From NCBI GenBank assembly GCA_964468645.1, contig CAYXUU010000033.1, positions 2,138 to 66,137 on the forward strand: 64,000 nucleotides of DNA, read 5' to 3'. The notes beneath the pieces were generated by a model. That model saw nothing but the letters and a program-made list of their open reading frames with translations. It was not told where the DNA came from and made no database searches. This stretch comes from an uncultured Bacteroidales bacterium (GTDB lineage: Bacteria; Bacteroidota; Bacteroidia; Bacteroidales; JAIOZK01). The position numbers and the translations under genes were made by a program. Within the stretch, counting starts at the first letter, position 1. Each line of letters starts with the position of its first letter. Positions 21,699-32,157 of this stretch are shown here, in pieces.

Positions 21699-23816
21699 TT
21701 AGATTTTATGTTTTTCGTCAATTCTTTCAATACCATCCCAGTCATCAGGAACGCCAGTTTGGATAAGCTTTTTACAACGTTGAATATAAATGTTTGAAGC
21801 CTTATCCTGGGGATTGATGGTGTAAATAGTGATAAACATTTCAAGTGCCTGTTCAAATTGCATATTCTTATAAAGCTGCAATGCCGTTCCGAATTCATCT
21901 TTTGTTTCTACCTTTAGTTTTTTTATCTCCTCGGGTTCGCCATCGAGGATCTCAAAGATATAAACAGCTTCTTTACGCCCCTTCACTTTAACGATGTCAA
22001 GAAACCTGAAATTATAAAGGCTGGGATCATTAAGCCTTATTAACGTGTCCTCTGAAATGATGATGGAACCACCATAAAGTTTTGTTAATCCTTCCAGCCG
22101 GGATGTGAGATTCACAGCGTCAGAGATAACTGTGCCGTCCATCCGCCCTTCTCCACCAACAACTCCAAGCATCAGGTTGCCAGTGTGTATACCAATTCCA
22201 TTGTCGATAGGAGGTTTGCCAAACTGGCTGATAACCTGGTTAAATTCCACGAGTTTGATTCTCATCTCAATGGCGGCATTGATAGCGTCTTCAGCATTCT
22301 TAGAGAACAGGGCCATAATAGAGTCGCCAATATATTTATCAACAAAACCTGAGTTGTGCCCGATAACCGGTTCCATATATCCCAGGTAATTATTCAGAAA
22401 ATTAAAGTTTTCTCGTGGTGTCATGTCTTCAGAAATTCCTGTGAAATCACGAATATCACAAAACATAATGGTCATTTCCTTTTGAACCTGATCCCCAAGT
22501 TGAATATCTGATATGTTTTCTTTGCCCAGGTATTCAAGAAACTGTTTGGGAACAAATCTTGAATTGGCCTCGTTGATCCTTGAAATACTTTCAATATAAT
22601 CATTGATCTTTTTCGACATATCATTGTACCCTTCCGTTAGTACACCAATTTCGTCATTTGTGCTTACAATGCCATAGTGGTTCAATTCCCCGCGGCCGGT
22701 GGCCTGCATGTTTCGTAGCAGGGCCCTAACAGGTTCAACAATGTCGCTTGTTGTCCAGTTAACAAAAAACAGGAGGTAGATAATAGCAATGAGTATTCCG
22801 GAAAAAATACCGGAAAACATCAACAAACTGTCGATAATATTAACATAAAAAAGATCTTTGAAATTTATGATCTCGATATTTGAAAAATAGGCGATATATT
22901 TTCCAAAAAGGATTTTAAGCTGATCCTCATCCAGTTTCTCAAGATTCAGGTCGCTCATTGTTGTTATGCTCAGAAAAAGATAGAACAATACGATAAACAA
23001 TGGCAATAGAGTGGTCATTGCATTGCTGATCCATAACCTGTTCTTAAGCTTGCCAATTTTACCTTTGAATACCCTCTTCTTTAATTCGCTGGTTGGATAA
23101 ACCCACCTGAGGTACCTTAAATGAACCCTGTGCTTTTCCCAGAAAAACACAAACAGTAAGGTCAGGATCGTTGAGACCAGCGAGATGGTAAAAAACCGCA
23201 GAAAAAATCTCCTGGTAATTTCATCAAAGCTGTCATTAAAGAGGAGAATCCCAACCATATAGATCAGGGTAACACCATATGAAAGGAATAATATGCCAAT
23301 ATTGATCAAGGGTACTCTGAGCAGGAAACGCTTGCAAAATCTGGCAAGCTTCGGTGGAATTTTTTTATTCTTTCTTTTCTTTGAGAAATAAATCTTAAAA
23401 GGAAGGTTAAAGGCCAGTCCAAGTAAATAACTGATGGCGAGCAGCTGAATGAGCCTGGTTAATGTAGTAACAAACTTATTGTCGGTTTGCCTCCCATCAG
23501 TAACTGCTTGGAGATCATCATTATATTCCTCCTGGTTGCTTTCTCCCAGGAACGAGATTACAACCGAATCACTGACAACATCACCGGGCAGCAGTACCAG
23601 GGTATCTCCCCGTATTTCGAAAATTGTGTCAGCCATTGGAATGTTACCTATGGTATCCCGGTTATCAACTGCATGAATATTATCCTCCAACCACTCAGGG
23701 CCATACTTTGCATATAAGATCAGGGCAATAGGCATGACGAGCATAAAGAATATCATCGTTGAAATAAGATATATTCTTAATCCGTGAAAACGTGGGATAT
23801 TGTTGTTAACAGCCAT
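21699..23816 (-). CDS. Membrane-bound class III adenylate cyclase with HAMP domain
   Basis: Multi-TM, HAMP (DEIGVLTEGYN), FCDIRDFT, DKYIGDSIM, ISDAVNLTSRLE. Confidence 0.9.
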   Translation of the reverse strand: MAVNNNIPRFHGLRIYLISTMIFFMLVMPIALILYAKYGPEWLEDNIHAVDNRDTIGNIPMADTIFEIRGDTLVLLPGDVVSDSVVISFLGESNQEEYNDDLQAVTDGRQTDNKFVTTLTRLIQLLAISYLLGLAFNLPFKIYFSKKRKNKKIPPKLARFCKRFLLRVPLINIGILFLSYGVTLIYMVGILLFNDSFDEITRRFFLRFFTISLVSTILTLLFVFFWEKHRVHLRYLRWVYPTSELKKRVFKGKIGKLKNRLWISNAMTTLLPLFIVLFYLFLSITTMSDLNLEKLDEDQLKILFGKYIAYFSNIEIINFKDLFYVNIIDSLLMFSGIFSGILIAIIYLLFFVNWTTSDIVEPVRALLRNMQATGRGELNHYGIVSTNDEIGVLTEGYNDMSKKINDYIESISRINEANSRFVPKQFLEYLGKENISDIQLGDQVQKEMTIMFCDIRDFTGISEDMTPRENFNFLNNYLGYMEPVIGHNSGFVDKYIGDSIMALFSKNAEDAINAAIEMRIKLVEFNQVISQFGKPPIDNGIGIHTGNLMLGVVGGEGRMDGTVISDAVNLTSRLEGLTKLYGGSIIISEDTLIRLNDPSLYNFRFLDIVKVKGRKEAVYIFEILDGEPEEIKKLKVETKDEFGTALQLYKNMQFEQALEMFITIYTINPQDKASNIYIQRCKKLIQTGVPDDWDGIERIDEKHKI

Positions 23817-23941
23817 TAATAGCCTTTAAAATAATGTTTTTGCAAAGATATTTAATAATAAACAAATATATGTTTTTATTGGAGTTTTACAGTTGGATTA
23901 AGAGTCTTTTCATATATTTGATTGACATTAGAAGTTCAGTT

Positions 23942-25870
23942 ATGAGAAAAGGTGGTTTAGCCTACAAATTGTCATTAGAGATAATATCAGCAATTGTTAT
24001 TGTTGTAGGGGCACTTCTGATTTTTAATTATACGGCATCACGTAAAATGATCCTCGAAAGTGTTGAAAACAGCGCCGGGAATCTCACCAACGCAGTGGTG
24101 AATAAAATTGATGGTGTGTTGAAAACTATCGAGCAGATTCCGGAAAATAAGGTATATATCCTGGAAAGCTATGAAATACAACCTGACAGGTTACATGAAT
24201 TCATCAGGCTGACGGTTGAGAATAATAAAGAGATTTTTGGCAGTTGCGTCGCCTATGAACCTTATGGTTTATTTAAAGACACCATGTATTATGCCCCTTA
24301 TTATTACTGGAATGGTGATGTGGTGAAATATAAAAACCTGGCGGATACATCCTATAACTATCCTGAGCGAAGCTGGTATAACATTCCAAAAGAGCAAAAG
24401 AGGAATATCTGGACAAGTCCTTATTTTGATGAAGGGGGCGGTGATGTACTGATGTGTACTTATTCGGTACCCATTTATAAGGATATGAACAGTGATAAAG
24501 TGTTTAATGGTGTCATTACTGCCGATATCTCCCTGAAATGGCTTGATGATCTTGTTGACAGGACAAGAGTATCGGAAAGCAGTTACGCCATCCTGTTCGA
24601 TAAGAATGGTGCTTTTATTTCACACCCAATTCAGGAATATGAATTCAATGAGACCATCTACAGTATAGGACAAAAATTCAATAAACACAGCCTGGAAGGG
24701 ATCAGTAAGGTTATCTTCAGCGGAGAAAACGGGTTTATTAAATTTTACTCTGAATACCTCAACAAGAATTGCTACATGTATTATGCACCTTTAAAAACAA
24801 CAGGGTGGACACTGGGAGTAGTTATTCCCATTAATGAACTGTTTGCGGATTTGCATAATTTAAGCATTTTCCTGCTGGTGATAGGTGTGTGTGGAATTTC
24901 ATTGATATTACTCCTGGTTATTCTTATCTCTAAGAAAATGACAAGGCCCCTCACAAAATTAACACTGGCTACAGAGGTTATTGGTGCAGGCAACTTTGAT
25001 TTTAAGATACCGGCCCCCCGGTCAAATGATGAAATTGCACAACTTGGAAGTTCTATCAACCTGATGCAGAAAGAACTTAAAAGTTATATTGAGAACCTCC
25101 GATCAACAACGGCAGCAAAGGAACGGATAGAAAGTGAATTGAAAATTGCCCATGATATTCAGCAGGGAATAATTCCGAAAACTTTTCCGCCATTTCCTGA
25201 ACGGAGTGATCTTGATATTTTTGGAATTCTAAAACCTGCCAGGGATGTAGGTGGCGATTTATACGATTTTTTCTTTATCAGGGAAGATGAACTATGTTTT
25301 ATCATAGGGGACGTTTCCGGTAAAGGAGTTCCGGCTTCTCTGTTTATGGCCATCACCAGAACCCTCTTCAGGGCAAAGGCAGTGCAGGATGCCAGGGTTA
25401 ACCAGATTGTTGAAAGTATAAATAATGAGCTTTGTCAATCGAATGACAACAGCATGTTCGTTACTTTCTTTCTGGGAATTATAAACCTGAAAACCGGCGT
25501 GGTTGATTACTGCAATGCTGGGCATAATTATCCCTGCCTGATACGGAATTCCGGTAAAGTTGAGATGTTCCCGAAAACTCATGGACCTGCACTTGGCGTT
25601 ATTGGAGATATTGACTTTTCATCCAATCGCCTTGATCTGAGTAACAGAGATACTATCGTTTTATATACAGATGGGATTACCGAAGCAATGAATGTGAAAA
25701 ATGCATTGTATGGCGAGGAACGATTATTTGAACTGTTGAAAAAGGTTGCCGGCCGGCCGGCAAAAACCATTACTAATGCAGTGGTGGATGATGTGATTAA
25801 ATTTACTGAGGGCGCTGAACAATCGGATGATATTACTTTATTAACTTTAACCTATCAAAAAGAGTCATGA
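23942..25870 (+). CDS. Cache-HAMP-PP2C (SpoIIE/RsbU-like) phosphatase
   Basis: dCache domain (WTSPYFDEGG), HAMP, VGGDLYDF, DVSGKG, YTDGITEA, DDIT; TATATTTG promoter at 23913 supports start 23942. Confidence 0.9.
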   Translation: MRKGGLAYKLSLEIISAIVIVVGALLIFNYTASRKMILESVENSAGNLTNAVVNKIDGVLKTIEQIPENKVYILESYEIQPDRLHEFIRLTVENNKEIFGSCVAYEPYGLFKDTMYYAPYYYWNGDVVKYKNLADTSYNYPERSWYNIPKEQKRNIWTSPYFDEGGGDVLMCTYSVPIYKDMNSDKVFNGVITADISLKWLDDLVDRTRVSESSYAILFDKNGAFISHPIQEYEFNETIYSIGQKFNKHSLEGISKVIFSGENGFIKFYSEYLNKNCYMYYAPLKTTGWTLGVVIPINELFADLHNLSIFLLVIGVCGISLILLLVILISKKMTRPLTKLTLATEVIGAGNFDFKIPAPRSNDEIAQLGSSINLMQKELKSYIENLRSTTAAKERIESELKIAHDIQQGIIPKTFPPFPERSDLDIFGILKPARDVGGDLYDFFFIREDELCFIIGDVSGKGVPASLFMAITRTLFRAKAVQDARVNQIVESINNELCQSNDNSMFVTFFLGIINLKTGVVDYCNAGHNYPCLIRNSGKVEMFPKTHGPALGVIGDIDFSSNRLDLSNRDTIVLYTDGITEAMNVKNALYGEERLFELLKKVAGRPAKTITNAVVDDVIKFTEGAEQSDDITLLTLTYQKES

Positions 25871-26319
25871 GTGATCCACAAGCGGGTAAGAAGACATTGA
25901 AGTTAATTCTTGAGAATGAAATTTCTGAGTTGAGTAAATTGAATGTCTTTCTTGAGGATATGGCTGATAAGTGGAAACTGCCACCCAGAATTGTTTCCAA
26001 TATCAATCTTGTTATCGAAGAAGTGTTCTCTAACATCGTATTTTATGCTTTTGAAGATACCTCCCGGGAAGATATTCAATTGAGGTTTGATAAGTTGGAT
26101 GATAAGGTAATGATCATTATTACCGATAACGGAAGGGCATTCAATCCTACCGATTCAAAAATCCCTGATCATCTTGATAAGCCAGCCGAGGAACGCAGGA
26201 TCGGAGGCCTGGGAATCCATTTTATGAACACCCTGATGGATGATGTTAATTATGAGCGTAAAAGCAATAAAAATATATTATCTTTAACAAAGAATCTAAC
26301 ATCAAAATCCAATAATTAG
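25867..26319 (+). CDS. RsbW-like anti-sigma factor / Ser kinase
   Basis: EEVFSNIVFYA, DNGRAFNP, GGLGIHFM. Confidence 0.9.
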   Translation: MSDPQAGKKTLKLILENEISELSKLNVFLEDMADKWKLPPRIVSNINLVIEEVFSNIVFYAFEDTSREDIQLRFDKLDDKVMIIITDNGRAFNPTDSKIPDHLDKPAEERRIGGLGIHFMNTLMDDVNYERKSNKNILSLTKNLTSKSNN

Positions 26320-26326
26320 CATTACC

Positions 26327-27838
26327 ATGAAAGAACAAACGGTGAAAGTAGTTATTCCAAATGAACTAGGGTTTTTATCAATGATCATAGATGTTGCCGG
26401 CAATATAGCCAAGAAAATGGGATTTTCTGAGGGCGAAATACAACATATTGAAATAGGATCAGAAGAAGCCATTTCAAATATTATTAAGTATGCGTTTGAT
26501 GAGGGAGAAGAGACAACCGTTGATATTGATTTCAATCTTAAAAAATTAGGATTGGAGATCGTGATCAGCGAAAAGGGTATGCCCTTTGATCCTTCTGTGG
26601 TACCTGAATTCTCTCCTGAAAAATTCAAGGAAGATCTTTCCGAAGATGGCCTTGGGATGTATCTGATGAAAAAGTTTATGGATGAATTTGCCTTTCACAA
26701 TCTGGGCAAAGAAGGAAAGAAAACATGTTTGTTCAAGTATCTTGCATCCAGTAAAGTGGAAGAAGTGCTGAGCGACGACGAACTGGAAAATGCTCAGAAG
26801 GAACGGGAAGCTGCAACTTTGCCAAAAGGCAGTGTTCATTATACGGTACGAAGAATGAAGCCCGAGGAAGCTGTTGAAGTATCGAGATGTGCCTATACCT
26901 CTTATGGGTACACCTATGTTCATGAGGATGTTTATTATCCTGATCGTTTGCGCACCCTGAATGAGAATGAAGATGTTATTTCTTTTGTATGCGTGACAGA
27001 TGATGGTGAAATCATTGCTCATGCCGCCCTTGAGAGGGAAAAAGACAGGATGGTACCCCAGCTTGGAATTGCAGCTACCAAACCTAAATTCCGCGGACAG
27101 GGTTGCCTGGGTGCTTTGAATAATGCACTTATTGAGGAGGCAATAAGAAGAAAGTTCACTGGCTTTTATGCCAGGGGTATCACAACACATGTATTTTCTC
27201 AAAAATCTATTTTAAAGATGGGGATGGTTTCATGTGGCATTCTTATTTCAAGTGGAAAGGAGAGAGAGTATAAAGGTATTGAACAGGGGAAAATTCAACG
27301 TGAAAGCGTGGTGCTCATGTTCAAATACCTGAACAAACCTCTCGATCAGGTTGTGTTTTTGCCGGAAAAGCATGCCCAAATAATTGAAGATATATATACA
27401 AACCTTGACCATATGCCTGTTATTGCTGAAATTGATCTGGGCATTAAGCTGCCAGATGAAGCTTCTGATATACTGGTTTCACCAAATAATGCAAGCCTGA
27501 CGGCTGATATTTATGTGCATGTTTATGGTAAAGATGTATTATATAATGTACAGGATAAACTCAGAATCCTTTGTCAAAACAGGTACGAAACAATATACCT
27601 GCATCTGAAACTTAAAGATCATTTTACTGCATTATTTACAGGCGAATTTGAACGCATGGGATTCTTTTTTGCTGGCGTTATGCCACATTCAGAGAATAAC
27701 GATGTCTTGATCCTTCAGTATCTTAACAATCATGTTATTGATTATGACTATGTGAATGTAGCAGATGCATTTGCCGAAAAACTGAAAGCGTATATCAAGG
27801 ATAATGATATTAATCTGACGATAAATGAGAAAAATTAA
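26327..27838 (+). CDS. RsbW-like HATPase fused to GNAT-like domain(s)
   Basis: EEAISNIIKYA...GLGMYLMKKFMD, then ATKPKFRGQG acetyl-CoA motif A. Confidence 0.75.
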   Translation: MKEQTVKVVIPNELGFLSMIIDVAGNIAKKMGFSEGEIQHIEIGSEEAISNIIKYAFDEGEETTVDIDFNLKKLGLEIVISEKGMPFDPSVVPEFSPEKFKEDLSEDGLGMYLMKKFMDEFAFHNLGKEGKKTCLFKYLASSKVEEVLSDDELENAQKEREAATLPKGSVHYTVRRMKPEEAVEVSRCAYTSYGYTYVHEDVYYPDRLRTLNENEDVISFVCVTDDGEIIAHAALEREKDRMVPQLGIAATKPKFRGQGCLGALNNALIEEAIRRKFTGFYARGITTHVFSQKSILKMGMVSCGILISSGKEREYKGIEQGKIQRESVVLMFKYLNKPLDQVVFLPEKHAQIIEDIYTNLDHMPVIAEIDLGIKLPDEASDILVSPNNASLTADIYVHVYGKDVLYNVQDKLRILCQNRYETIYLHLKLKDHFTALFTGEFERMGFFFAGVMPHSENNDVLILQYLNNHVIDYDYVNVADAFAEKLKAYIKDNDINLTINEKN

Positions 27839-27871
27839 TAATATTGTACCATCATAAAAGTTAATGTTAGT

Positions 27872-28207
27872 ATGGAAATAAAAGAACAGAATAAGGGTAA
27901 TTATTACGTAGTTTCAATTGTTGGGAGATTGGATACAACCAATTACCAGGAGCTTGAAGAGAAATTACAATCGATACATGATGAAGGCCATAACAACCTG
28001 ATCATTGATTGTGGCGAGATGGATTATGTGAGTAGTTCAGGTTTGCGGGTATTCCTGATGTTTCTTAAGAAAATTAAATCTGTAAATGGCAAATTCCTTT
28101 TATGCAGTTTACAGGATAGTATTCAGGAGATTTTTAAGATATCAGGTTTTATCAGCATCTTCGATATTTATGATGATCTTGGTAAGGCTGAAGAAGCTGC
28201 CGGTTGA
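27872..28207 (+). CDS. STAS anti-anti-sigma factor (RsbV-like)
   Basis: GRLDT, MDYVSSSGLRV phosphoserine motif, IFKISGF. Confidence 0.9.
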   Translation: MEIKEQNKGNYYVVSIVGRLDTTNYQELEEKLQSIHDEGHNNLIIDCGEMDYVSSSGLRVFLMFLKKIKSVNGKFLLCSLQDSIQEIFKISGFISIFDIYDDLGKAEEAAG

Positions 28208-28272
28208 TTTTGCCTGAATTGATAATTCTAAAGAGTTACCGGTTCAGCTTCCTGTCATAAACAATTAACTTC

Positions 28273-28920
28273 ATGGCCAAGTATATTCATTATCTTAATC
28301 CGGCATCAACAGAACTCGGTAAAGAGCTTGAGTCAATTTCCAAATGCCCGGGCACATGTTTTTTTATTGACCTGGTTGGATCTACGGCAATAAAGTATAA
28401 GGAAGATCTTAAAAGCTGGGGAAGAAAACTGAATAATACTTTTAACTTTATTTCCATTCTGAACGACTTTCCTAATAATGTTGTTAAGGGAATAGGGGAT
28501 GAGATAATGCTTTATATCCCTGATGAGGAGTTGAATAAGAAATCAACAGTGAATGATTATTTTTCACTTCTTCAGGAAATCTATTCCACCATCTACAACA
28601 TTAAGTATCACCCGCTTCAGGATTCATTTATGCAATGCAAAGTAGCCATACACCATTGCCTTGATGTGTATAATATAACATTCCTGGAGGGTGTAAATGA
28701 TTATTATGGGAAGGATATTGATCTTTCTGCACGTCTTATGTCAAAATCAAGGGCAAACAGAATCGTGATCAGTGAGGCCTTTTATCAGAAAGTAATAAAA
28801 AACCATCAGGATAAATATTCGAATTATTCCACTTCTTATCTTGAGCATATCTCAGAAAAATTTGTCCACGAATTCAAGGGAGTTCCGTCTCCCGTTTCAT
28901 TCCGGCATTTAGAGGTTTAA
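28273..28920 (+). CDS. Stand-alone class III nucleotide cyclase-like protein
   Basis: FIDLVGST, VVKGIGDEIM, DYYGKDIDLSARL, IVISE, FKG. Confidence 0.75.
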   Translation: MAKYIHYLNPASTELGKELESISKCPGTCFFIDLVGSTAIKYKEDLKSWGRKLNNTFNFISILNDFPNNVVKGIGDEIMLYIPDEELNKKSTVNDYFSLLQEIYSTIYNIKYHPLQDSFMQCKVAIHHCLDVYNITFLEGVNDYYGKDIDLSARLMSKSRANRIVISEAFYQKVIKNHQDKYSNYSTSYLEHISEKFVHEFKGVPSPVSFRHLEV

Positions 28921-28932
28921 GGAGGGCAAAGA

Positions 28933-28975
28933 TCAAGTTTCAGGTTTCAGGTTGCAAGTTTCATGTTGCAGGTTG
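28933..28975. repeat. Heptamer tandem repeat (caggttt/caagttt-like)
   Basis: tcaagtttcaggtttcaggttgcaagtttcatgttgcaggttg. Confidence 0.6.
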
Positions 28976-29109
28976 GATATACAATATTCAGAGATGTTTC
29001 GTATATCGTTAAATCGGGAAATCATTAACTTGTGAAATCAAATCAAACCAAACCTCAATGTTATCCAATGGATTATATCGCTTGCGGTTGATTGACTGCT
29101 TGCTAATAA

Positions 29110-31947
29110 CTACCTAACCAACGTCACAACTCCCTGCACTTTTATCTCTGGTCTTGGATAAAAACTGACCTCCTTATAGATAAGCATCCAGACGTAGGAA
29201 CCAATCGATGCAGGCTTGCCACTTATAGTGCCATCCCATCCCTGATCGATTTCGCTGGTTTCGTAAATTAGCATACCCCAACGATCGTAGATCCTGAGGG
29301 TATAGTTCTTGTAAATACATTCTGATTCGATCGCAAAAATATCATTCAGGCCGTCGCCATTTGGTGAAAAAGCATTCGGGGCATAGGTAGTACAAAGAGG
29401 TTCATCAACAATGTAAAATACCTGTATGGTATCGGCAGCTGTAGCACAGGTATTGCTGAGTATTACATAATAGGTGCCGTTTTCTGTAACCAGGAATGTT
29501 GAATCCGTAGATCCGTCCTGCCAGAGATACCGGACTCCCGGAAAGGAAGCATCAAGAAGCAGCGTTGTGCCAAGTAAAAGATTGGTATCATTTCCAAGTC
29601 TTACTTCAGGTAGCAAGATTATTGAAAGATTTGTAGTTTTTGAGCTGTCACAACCGGAAGTAGTCAGGTAGCTGTCAAAATAAATACCTGCCTCCGTTTG
29701 ATAATCACCACCGGCATAAATAGACTCCCCTTCACAAATACTGGTATCGATAAAGATATCGTAGGTTTCTGCAATTGACAGAATTGTGGTAAAGTTGCTG
29801 TCGCATCCTGCAATGCTAAAATAATCATCATAATAAGTTCCAGCCGATGACTGGTATCCGCCACCAGCATAAATTGAATCAGTATCACATATCAAGGTAT
29901 CAATTAATGTAGCATAAACCTCATTAACAAAGAGATAAATGGTGTGGATGCTATCGCATCCGGCAACTGAAACAGCAGTATCGGCATATACCCCTGTAGT
30001 TTTTTGATAATCACCTCCTATAAATATAGAGTCCCCGTCGCAGATGCTAATATTCTCATTGAAGTAAATGATATCATCTACTGTAAGTATGGTGTTGATA
30101 GTACTGTCGCATCCATTGGCTGAAGTAAATACGTCATAATAAGTACCACTTTCGGTTTGCCATGCTCCCCCTACAAAAACCGAATCCCCTGTACATATGC
30201 TCATATTATGTGTAATATCAAATGTATCCCTAAGCGTAAGGTTAATGACTATTACGCTATCGCAACCCAGCGTAGTATTTAATGAATCATAATAAGTGCC
30301 AGGTTCAGTAATGTAATTTCCACTAATAAAAATACCATCACCTTCACAGATCGAAGTGTCGGTGTTCACTGTAAAGGTTGGATAGACCGTGATATTGATG
30401 GTGTCGATATCAAAACAATTTGATTCGTTGGTTACTTTCACCCAGTAGGTGCCACTGGTATCGGCCATAAACAACCTGGCTGTATCACCATTATGCCATT
30501 CATAGGCGAAGTACCCTGCGCCGGGATCGAGAATTACCGAATCACCCTGGCAGAATGTAGTGTCATTTCCAAGCGTAATTTCCGGATTTTCACCAACGAC
30601 GACGATATGGGTTACCGAGTCTTTTTTACCAACCATATATGCGACCAGTTTAACACCGAACCAACCCGGGCTTGTGAACTCATGCTGGGGATTCATCTGT
30701 TGAGAGAAATTGTTGGCCCCGGATGGAGGGTCCCCAAAATTCCAGAAAACAGAATCGGGTACGGAAGAACAATTTTCATAAAACTGGGTTATCGATCCGA
30801 AACATGCAGGATCATAAAAGAAAGCAACATTAAGGCTGAAGAATGACTGGACAAAGGGAGGGAGTCCGTATCTCGAGGTTCTCCCCGCAAGAGCGACACC
30901 ATTCTCTTTAAACTGGCATCCGTTGCCCGGGGTATTTGGTTTGCTGATTGAACTCAGGTAATTCTGGTTATTTCTTGCGGCATATATTTTATTATCAGGG
31001 CCAAGCTGTAATGCGCCAACCAGGCCTGAGAATGAATGGATCTCTTTCCTGGAGTTTAAGATATCTTCAGGGGTCCCGGCTTCCAGGTCATACTGATATA
31101 GTTTACCATTTGCTTTCCAGGTGGAGATATACAATAATTTATTATTTGGTGAAAATTCCACTCCATACGGAAGTTGACCGGGAAAACGCGTATCTTTAAA
31201 GGTGTTGGTAATTTCCCCGGTACTGTTATTAAAATCAAAGAATTCAACGGTAGCCAGCCCTGCATTTGCTTTCACAAGGGTAGAGCCATCAGGTGATACT
31301 TTCAGATATCCTTTTGCGTTTTCGTCCTGGCCTGAGACGATATCCCCAATTTCACTGGTCACAGGTGTCGTATTGAGACCAAAAGCGGTAACAAGATAAG
31401 CGTAGAATTTATTCGTGCCCCATTTATGTGTGATTACCCATGTTCCATCTCCTATATCATTACCCACGGCAGTAACTTTCTCAAACACATTGGGTACCAG
31501 TAAAATATTTTTATCGCCGGGAACAATGTCTCCCATGCCACCATCCAGGTCCATATTAACAACTGAATACCTAAATCCTTCATTCTCACCTTCAATGGCT
31601 TCTATTGTAAAAAGATAAAAACGTTTGGTACTGCCAGGAACAGGAACAATGATCCCTGACTGTGTGCTGGAGCTATGACCGGTCAATCCAGTACCATTAG
31701 GCATAACAATATTATTCCTGTTCCAAACCGTCTGGCCGTCGGTATAAAAAAGAAGATCACCGGTAGATGATGAAATAGAAGAACATCCTTCACCTGTGTA
31801 AATCTGGCTGTTTTGTAACGGAACAGGGAAACCACTCGAGAAATCCAACCCGGCGTTTAATCCGAAATGCCAGAACGTGGCTTCGTTTTGTGCATGTGCT
31901 GAAATAAGTAATGAAATGAGCACTGTTAGTATAAAAATCCTTTTCAT
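29110..31947 (-). CDS. T9SS type B (gliding-motility CTD) surface protein with beta-propeller, PKD domain and ~51-aa repeats
   Basis: WHFGLNAGLDF N-domain; WNFGD PKD; repeated SICxGDS...GxYxD...GCDS; PNAFSPNGDGLND...IYDRWG CTD. Confidence 0.9.
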   Translation of the reverse strand: MKRIFILTVLISLLISAHAQNEATFWHFGLNAGLDFSSGFPVPLQNSQIYTGEGCSSISSSTGDLLFYTDGQTVWNRNNIVMPNGTGLTGHSSSTQSGIIVPVPGSTKRFYLFTIEAIEGENEGFRYSVVNMDLDGGMGDIVPGDKNILLVPNVFEKVTAVGNDIGDGTWVITHKWGTNKFYAYLVTAFGLNTTPVTSEIGDIVSGQDENAKGYLKVSPDGSTLVKANAGLATVEFFDFNNSTGEITNTFKDTRFPGQLPYGVEFSPNNKLLYISTWKANGKLYQYDLEAGTPEDILNSRKEIHSFSGLVGALQLGPDNKIYAARNNQNYLSSISKPNTPGNGCQFKENGVALAGRTSRYGLPPFVQSFFSLNVAFFYDPACFGSITQFYENCSSVPDSVFWNFGDPPSGANNFSQQMNPQHEFTSPGWFGVKLVAYMVGKKDSVTHIVVVGENPEITLGNDTTFCQGDSVILDPGAGYFAYEWHNGDTARLFMADTSGTYWVKVTNESNCFDIDTINITVYPTFTVNTDTSICEGDGIFISGNYITEPGTYYDSLNTTLGCDSVIVINLTLRDTFDITHNMSICTGDSVFVGGAWQTESGTYYDVFTSANGCDSTINTILTVDDIIYFNENISICDGDSIFIGGDYQKTTGVYADTAVSVAGCDSIHTIYLFVNEVYATLIDTLICDTDSIYAGGGYQSSAGTYYDDYFSIAGCDSNFTTILSIAETYDIFIDTSICEGESIYAGGDYQTEAGIYFDSYLTTSGCDSSKTTNLSIILLPEVRLGNDTNLLLGTTLLLDASFPGVRYLWQDGSTDSTFLVTENGTYYVILSNTCATAADTIQVFYIVDEPLCTTYAPNAFSPNGDGLNDIFAIESECIYKNYTLRIYDRWGMLIYETSEIDQGWDGTISGKPASIGSYVWMLIYKEVSFYPRPEIKVQGVVTLVR

Positions 31948-32059
31948 GATATTTTCTGTGACGAATGATAATTTAGCGTTTACGAAATTACAGAATATTT
32001 GTATTTAATGGCCAGTTTTACTTTAGAAATTGGTTGAAGGTTTAGGATTAGGAGTATAG

Positions 32060-32118
32060 AGAAATGAAGAGTGAACAGCGAACAGCGACTAATGACTAAT
32101 GAGCAATGACTAATGACG
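32060..32118. repeat. Heptamer tandem repeats
   Basis: gaacagc x2 and ctaatga/gcaatga x4. Confidence 0.6.
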
Positions 32119-32157
32119 ATTCTCAATCCCACAGGCTCAACTTTCAACACTCCAATA

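Noticed and set aside
21047-28920. Pycsar/CBASS defence system
   Set aside because: No TIR, PycTM or CD-NTase partner seen; the context is sensory signalling.
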